Below, piece after piece: positions 59,471 through 64,000 of a stretch of DNA of 64,000 nucleotides. The notes beneath the pieces were generated by a model. That model saw only the letters and a list, made by a program, of their open reading frames with translations. It ran no database searches and was not told the origin of the DNA. Numbering within the stretch: position 1 is the stretch's first letter; each line of letters opens with the position of its first letter. Source of the stretch: Harriotta raleighana (taxonomy: Eukaryota); assembly GCA_050575255.1 (NCBI GenBank), contig JBNZDD010013727.1:8619579-8683578 (forward strand). The letters run 5' to 3'. Both the position numbers and the translations under genes were made by a program.

Positions 59471-61497
59471 AGAAAATTACAATGTATGGAATATCTGCTT
59501 CTCTTAGGAAATAGTGTTTCTCGAATCAATAATATGTTGCACTAATACGTTTCTCACATTATATGCAATTCTTACAGTTCCTAAATGTGTTAGAAGCTTT
59601 TAAGTTCACAGCTGCAGATGACATTATGCTATCAGATTTAGCTGTAATCAGACTCAAGAAAAGACTGCTTCTTTTTGTGTTGTACAATATCTCTAGTGGT
59701 TGGCTGGATACTATTTTTTTTAATGCTGCATAGTTTAATTGCAAAATCAATAACCTTATAGTCCATGAACTAGAATTATGGGATCCCCAAACTGAGATTG
59801 CTTGCTGTATTAATACATAGTTTTCAAGTCTCCAGAGTACAGTTAACTGATACATAAAAGCTACTGGTATAACAGCACTTTCAAATTCCTCCTGCTGAGG
59901 ATGTTCACAACAGTTTTATGGCTCCCACTCCAGCGAAGACGATTTAACTGGAAAATGAACGTTTTTATTTGGATTTTGTTACCTTAAAGAATCTTCTCTT
60001 CTAGTAACTTGAGAAAAGAAGATTTTGTGGAACTAATTATTTCAGTCTTCTGCTTATAGGAAAAAATTGCTATTGTGGTGCATTCCATGACTGTTGCTTT
60101 TTATGATTTTTGAAATGCTTGGTTTACAGGAATGAATTGTATAATCCTGTCTCACTACATTGACAATAGTTTGGGATTAAGCATTAAATCTGCAGAAGAC
60201 TCGGAATAAAATAGCTAAAGCTTTTGTGCAATTGAACATAGATTTTTCTGACCAATTATGATCCGCTTTTGATCAATTGGCCAGTTATTGAAAACAGTTT
60301 CCTCTTATTAGGGGATATTTCCCAGCTCTTTTCAGTAACATGAAATAGAATGTAAACTAGAACATCTACTTTCAAACATATGCTACCAACAATACCTGTA
60401 AATGTAAGTACAAGAGAATAGAACGTGAGATAAAGATGCAGTAGGGACAATGATTTTAATGAAGCACAACAAAAAAGTTAAAGGTTATACCATGTCTGCC
60501 TACAGTGATCATACGGATTTATCTCAAATGCCTTGCCCACTCTATCTCTGTGACACAACTGGCCCATACAGCAATGTCCCACAGACAGCCATGAAGTCAA
60601 TGACCATTTTTATCTATAGAACAGCTTGTACTTACTGGTAGGATTTGAGAAAAATGTAAGCAACATATATCACTCTGAGGTCCTTGAACTATCAGCTATA
60701 ATTACGGTTTTATTAAATTGTTGTGAGTTCAGTAATATCTTTTTGAGACCTATAGGATTATATTTATACCAGCACCTTGGGATGTCCTCTGATGTGAAAG
60801 GCGCTAAACAAATGTAATTTTGTTGTTGGTTGTAATTTAAGAGGCAGTGATATGCAAACCTTGAACCATATTGAAGTGGATTGATAGAAAACGGAAAATG
60901 GTTCTTGTAGAATGATGTTTTATTACCTGACTTCTGGATGCAGAGTTCTTGATTGTTGATATGTGTTCATCCAATGTAAGCGATTTGCCCAGCTCCTCAA
61001 AAATTATGTTATTAATTATATAACATTTGCAAACACTCAAGTAAAGGCGAGCTCTATTCTGATTTCATAATTGTGTTTTATATGAATACAAAAAACAGGT
61101 ATTACATTACAATATCAGGTACTTACTGTGTTGCAAATGATTGAATAAGTTTATTATTGGGTCATTGTAAACTGTGTTTATACTGTTGATCAACAATGTT
61201 CTAAGTTCTTGTGGGTATCACTTTTTAGTGAGTTCAGCCTTCTTTTCACTCCCAGGCTGCAAATGATCTCATTTAGAAACAGTGGGGACTAATTTGTGTC
61301 TTTTTTTAATAAGGAATCTGAGTTGTGCAAATGGTGAATCTTTCCAATAATTAGAAGTACAGTACTTTGCACCAACCACCATTTCGAAGTAATCTAATTC
61401 TGGGACAACAGAAATTGTACTGGCTTTTCTTATTAAGAAATCTTAGTTAAGAAATATCACAGATGACTCACATGTTAGAGTTATAAACCAGGCTCAC

Positions 61498-61552
61498 TAA
61501 ACAGCGCCTTGGGACGTCCTCCCGACGTGAAAGGCGCTCTATAAATGTAATT

Positions 61553-61586
<34 letters not shown>
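61498..61586 (+). mobile_element. Isolated young L2 3' tail with a long (TTG)n; similar tails at ~17130-17185, 32915-32975, 55056-55115, 60770-60830 and 61665-61760
   Basis: acagcgccttgggacgtcctcccgacgtgaaaggcgctctataaatgtaatt(ttg)n. Confidence 0.85.
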
Positions 61587-62375
61587 AAATCTCTTGAACA
61601 AACCTCTACTGGTAAAAAATGTGATCTCGAAATGTATCTCTGACTGAACATTTGGTTGTCTTTACCCTCCCCAACCCAGTTTGGGTCCCAATCCGGCTCT
61701 GTGAATGTGCTTTGGGATATCCTCCTGACATGAAAGGCGCTATATAAATGTAAATTGTACTGTAATTACATTTAAACTAGCCAGCATACAGCCAGGAACA
61801 GGTTGACCTGGACAAAACCAATGAATACCATCTAGAATGTTTTGTCCGTGGTGTGAATTAATTATAAGGCTTTTCATTTGTTTAGTGTTTCATTGTTTGC
61901 TTTTTCTCTTAAAACGTGTAATTATGAACAATAGTGCTTCCATTCAAGAAAATGTAATTGATATTACTGTAATAAATTACCTCACTTCATTTTATGATCT
62001 TGGCATTAATCTGATAATTTCATCTTTTCATTGCATCCAGCATAACCTAATATAGTACTGTAATAAACTTTATTCCTAAAATAACTGGAAGTCACAAAAA
62101 TACATAGAAAAATTTAGCCTTCAATATCTGAGAGCTCAAAACAACATCAGACTATACTAAAGTTATAAGAATCTCTTGATGCAAATAGGCCATTTGTATC
62201 ATTACCAGCCTCATTTATTGACTGAAATCCATACCATTTAAAATAATATCTGTTGCTCATTTTTATCCTTGAGTTAATTTAATAAGAACTCAGTGAATAC
62301 AAAATTGCTCCATGTCCAGTTGAGTCATAGAAATATTACATTATGGTCCAAAATGGGATGATCACAAACTAAGTC

Positions 62376-63600
62376 AACAACAACAACTTTGATTTATATA
62401 GCGCCCTCCATGCCAGACACGTGGGCGCTTCACAATAATGGATCCTGGGAGCGAGCCAGGGGCAGGGGGAGAAAAGTGACCAAAGGCGCGGTCGAAGAGA
62501 AAGGTCTTTAGCTGAGGCTTGAAACTGGGAAGAGAGGGGGAGAGGCGAAGGGAGTGAGGAAGGGAGTTCTAGAACCTCAGGGCGTACTGGCTGAAGGCAT
62601 GGCTGCTGATGGTGGAGTGGAGGATTTGGTGGTCAAGGAGGAGGCTAGACTTGGTGGAGTGAAGGCAACGGGTGCTCGTTTGAGGAGAGGGGGGTGCAGC
62701 GGAGTGGAGGGATTTGAAAACAAGGGTGAGGATCTTGAAATTGATCCTCTCCAGGACATGGAGCCTGTGAAGTCTGGCAAGGACTGGGGTAATGGGGGAG
62801 TGAAGTTTGGTGCGAGTGAGAATGCGGGCGGTAGAGTTTTGAATGAGTTGAATTTTATGGATTGTGCTGGAGGGGAGGCGAGGAGGGCATTGGAATAGTC
62901 CAGCTGAGAGGTGACAAAGGCATGGACGAGGGTTTCAGTGGCTTTTGGGGTGAGATGGATCCTTCGGGGTACCCTGCAGGTAACCGGGTGAGAGCGGGAG
63001 GAAAAACCGTTTGTTGAGATGTACCGCTGGCAGTTTGTGAGATAGGACTCGAACCAGGCAAGCGCGATCCCACTGAGGTGAATGATGGAGGACAGGCGGT
63101 GGAGGAGGATGGTATGGTTGACTGTGTCAAACGCAGCAGACAGGTCCAGGAGGATAAGGAGGCAGGGACTGATCCTGTGGAGAGGTACTGGTTGGTAATG
63201 TCAGTCAGCATTGGGCAAAGGAGGGGGAGCTGGGTGACCAGTAAGTTGGTGGGAAGGGGGTCGAGGCAGCAGGTGGTGGGCTTCATTGAGGTGATAGTGC
63301 GTGAGAGGGAGGAAGGAGAGACACGGGAGAAGAAATGTAGGAAGGAGGTTGTGGCAGGAGCTAATGACAGGAAGGGTGAAGGGGACGGAATGGGGATGGT
63401 GGTGGTGGGCAACGAGAGGCAGGAGGCTGAAGCTGTGGATTTTGGGGGAGAAGATGTCCATGACCTCCTCGCACTTCGCATTTGAAGTGAAGATTGAGGA
63501 TGCCTAAGGAGGCGCATAAGGAAGATGGTGGGTGTTGGAAAAAAGAACTTTCGGGTTGATTTTAGCTTCCAGGATGGTGTTTGAGTAGTAGGCCATTTCG
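62376..63600 (-). mobile_element. Internally deleted L2 LINE (linker, RT pieces, 3' end)
   Basis: SMKPTTCCLDPLPTNLL..LLCPMLTDITNQYLSTGSVP, LLDLSAAFDTVNH and ETLVHAFVTSQLDYSNALL on the minus strand, with a (CAA)n tail at 62376. Confidence 0.9.
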
Positions 63601-64000
63601 CAGGTGACAAAAAATGGCGGTAACTGTGGAAATGCTCGAGCCACAGTTGGTGGTGAACCGTCAGACCGGTTTTCTGCCACTTGTGCTCGAGCAGCCAGTT
63701 TGGGGTTTTTAGGGAATGGAGATGAAATGAATATTATACCAAGTCATTGTGTCAATTGTAACTTTTGGTTCTCTGGACTTTGCTCACAGTCACTTCACTT
63801 TACATTATATCCTGTGAAGTGTTGGAGGTTTGCTCTCTGGCTTTTGCTTTAATTTTGCCAGTTTGAGTTTGTGAACCTTTAATCTTTAAGGTGACATCCA
63901 ACAAGCAGCTGAGGAACCTGAAAACAATGATAAATAGCCCAAAGTTGACAATATTTAGCACTTGCAAAGAAGCCATTAGCATGTGTGAAGAATTATAGAC

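Overview
Vertebrate genomic DNA from a fragmented draft assembly. It has long N gaps and many single-N joins flanked by duplicated sequence. The repeat families (L2 with (TTG)n tails, CR1 with (ATTCTATG)n tails, tRNA/Deu-type SINEs, a shark-type Penelope terminal repeat) suggest a cartilaginous fish, possibly elephant shark (inference). The only protein-coding sequence I can support is coding exon 1 of DACH1 (dachshund) on the minus strand, 3266->2475. An N join splits it and shows two different poly-glycine versions. Bases 1-2474 are intron 1, and ~3.3-64 kb is the 5' UTR/promoter and upstream gene desert. The desert holds decayed LINEs, SINEs and MITEs, several nested in each other, plus repeat-free islands that look like conserved developmental enhancers. 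I cannot demonstrate a new biological system here. The best leads are a minimal hammerhead-ribozyme fold in a Penelope-like relic (23254-23292), an old 22-bp palindromic tandem array (26.8-29.1 kb), two poly-Gly alleles of DACH1, a tail-swapped dimeric SINE, and LF-SINE/AmnSINE2/DeuSINE-like relics beside candidate enhancers. Repeat-family names come from recalled consensus sequences, not from a database search, and most repeat boundaries are approximate.
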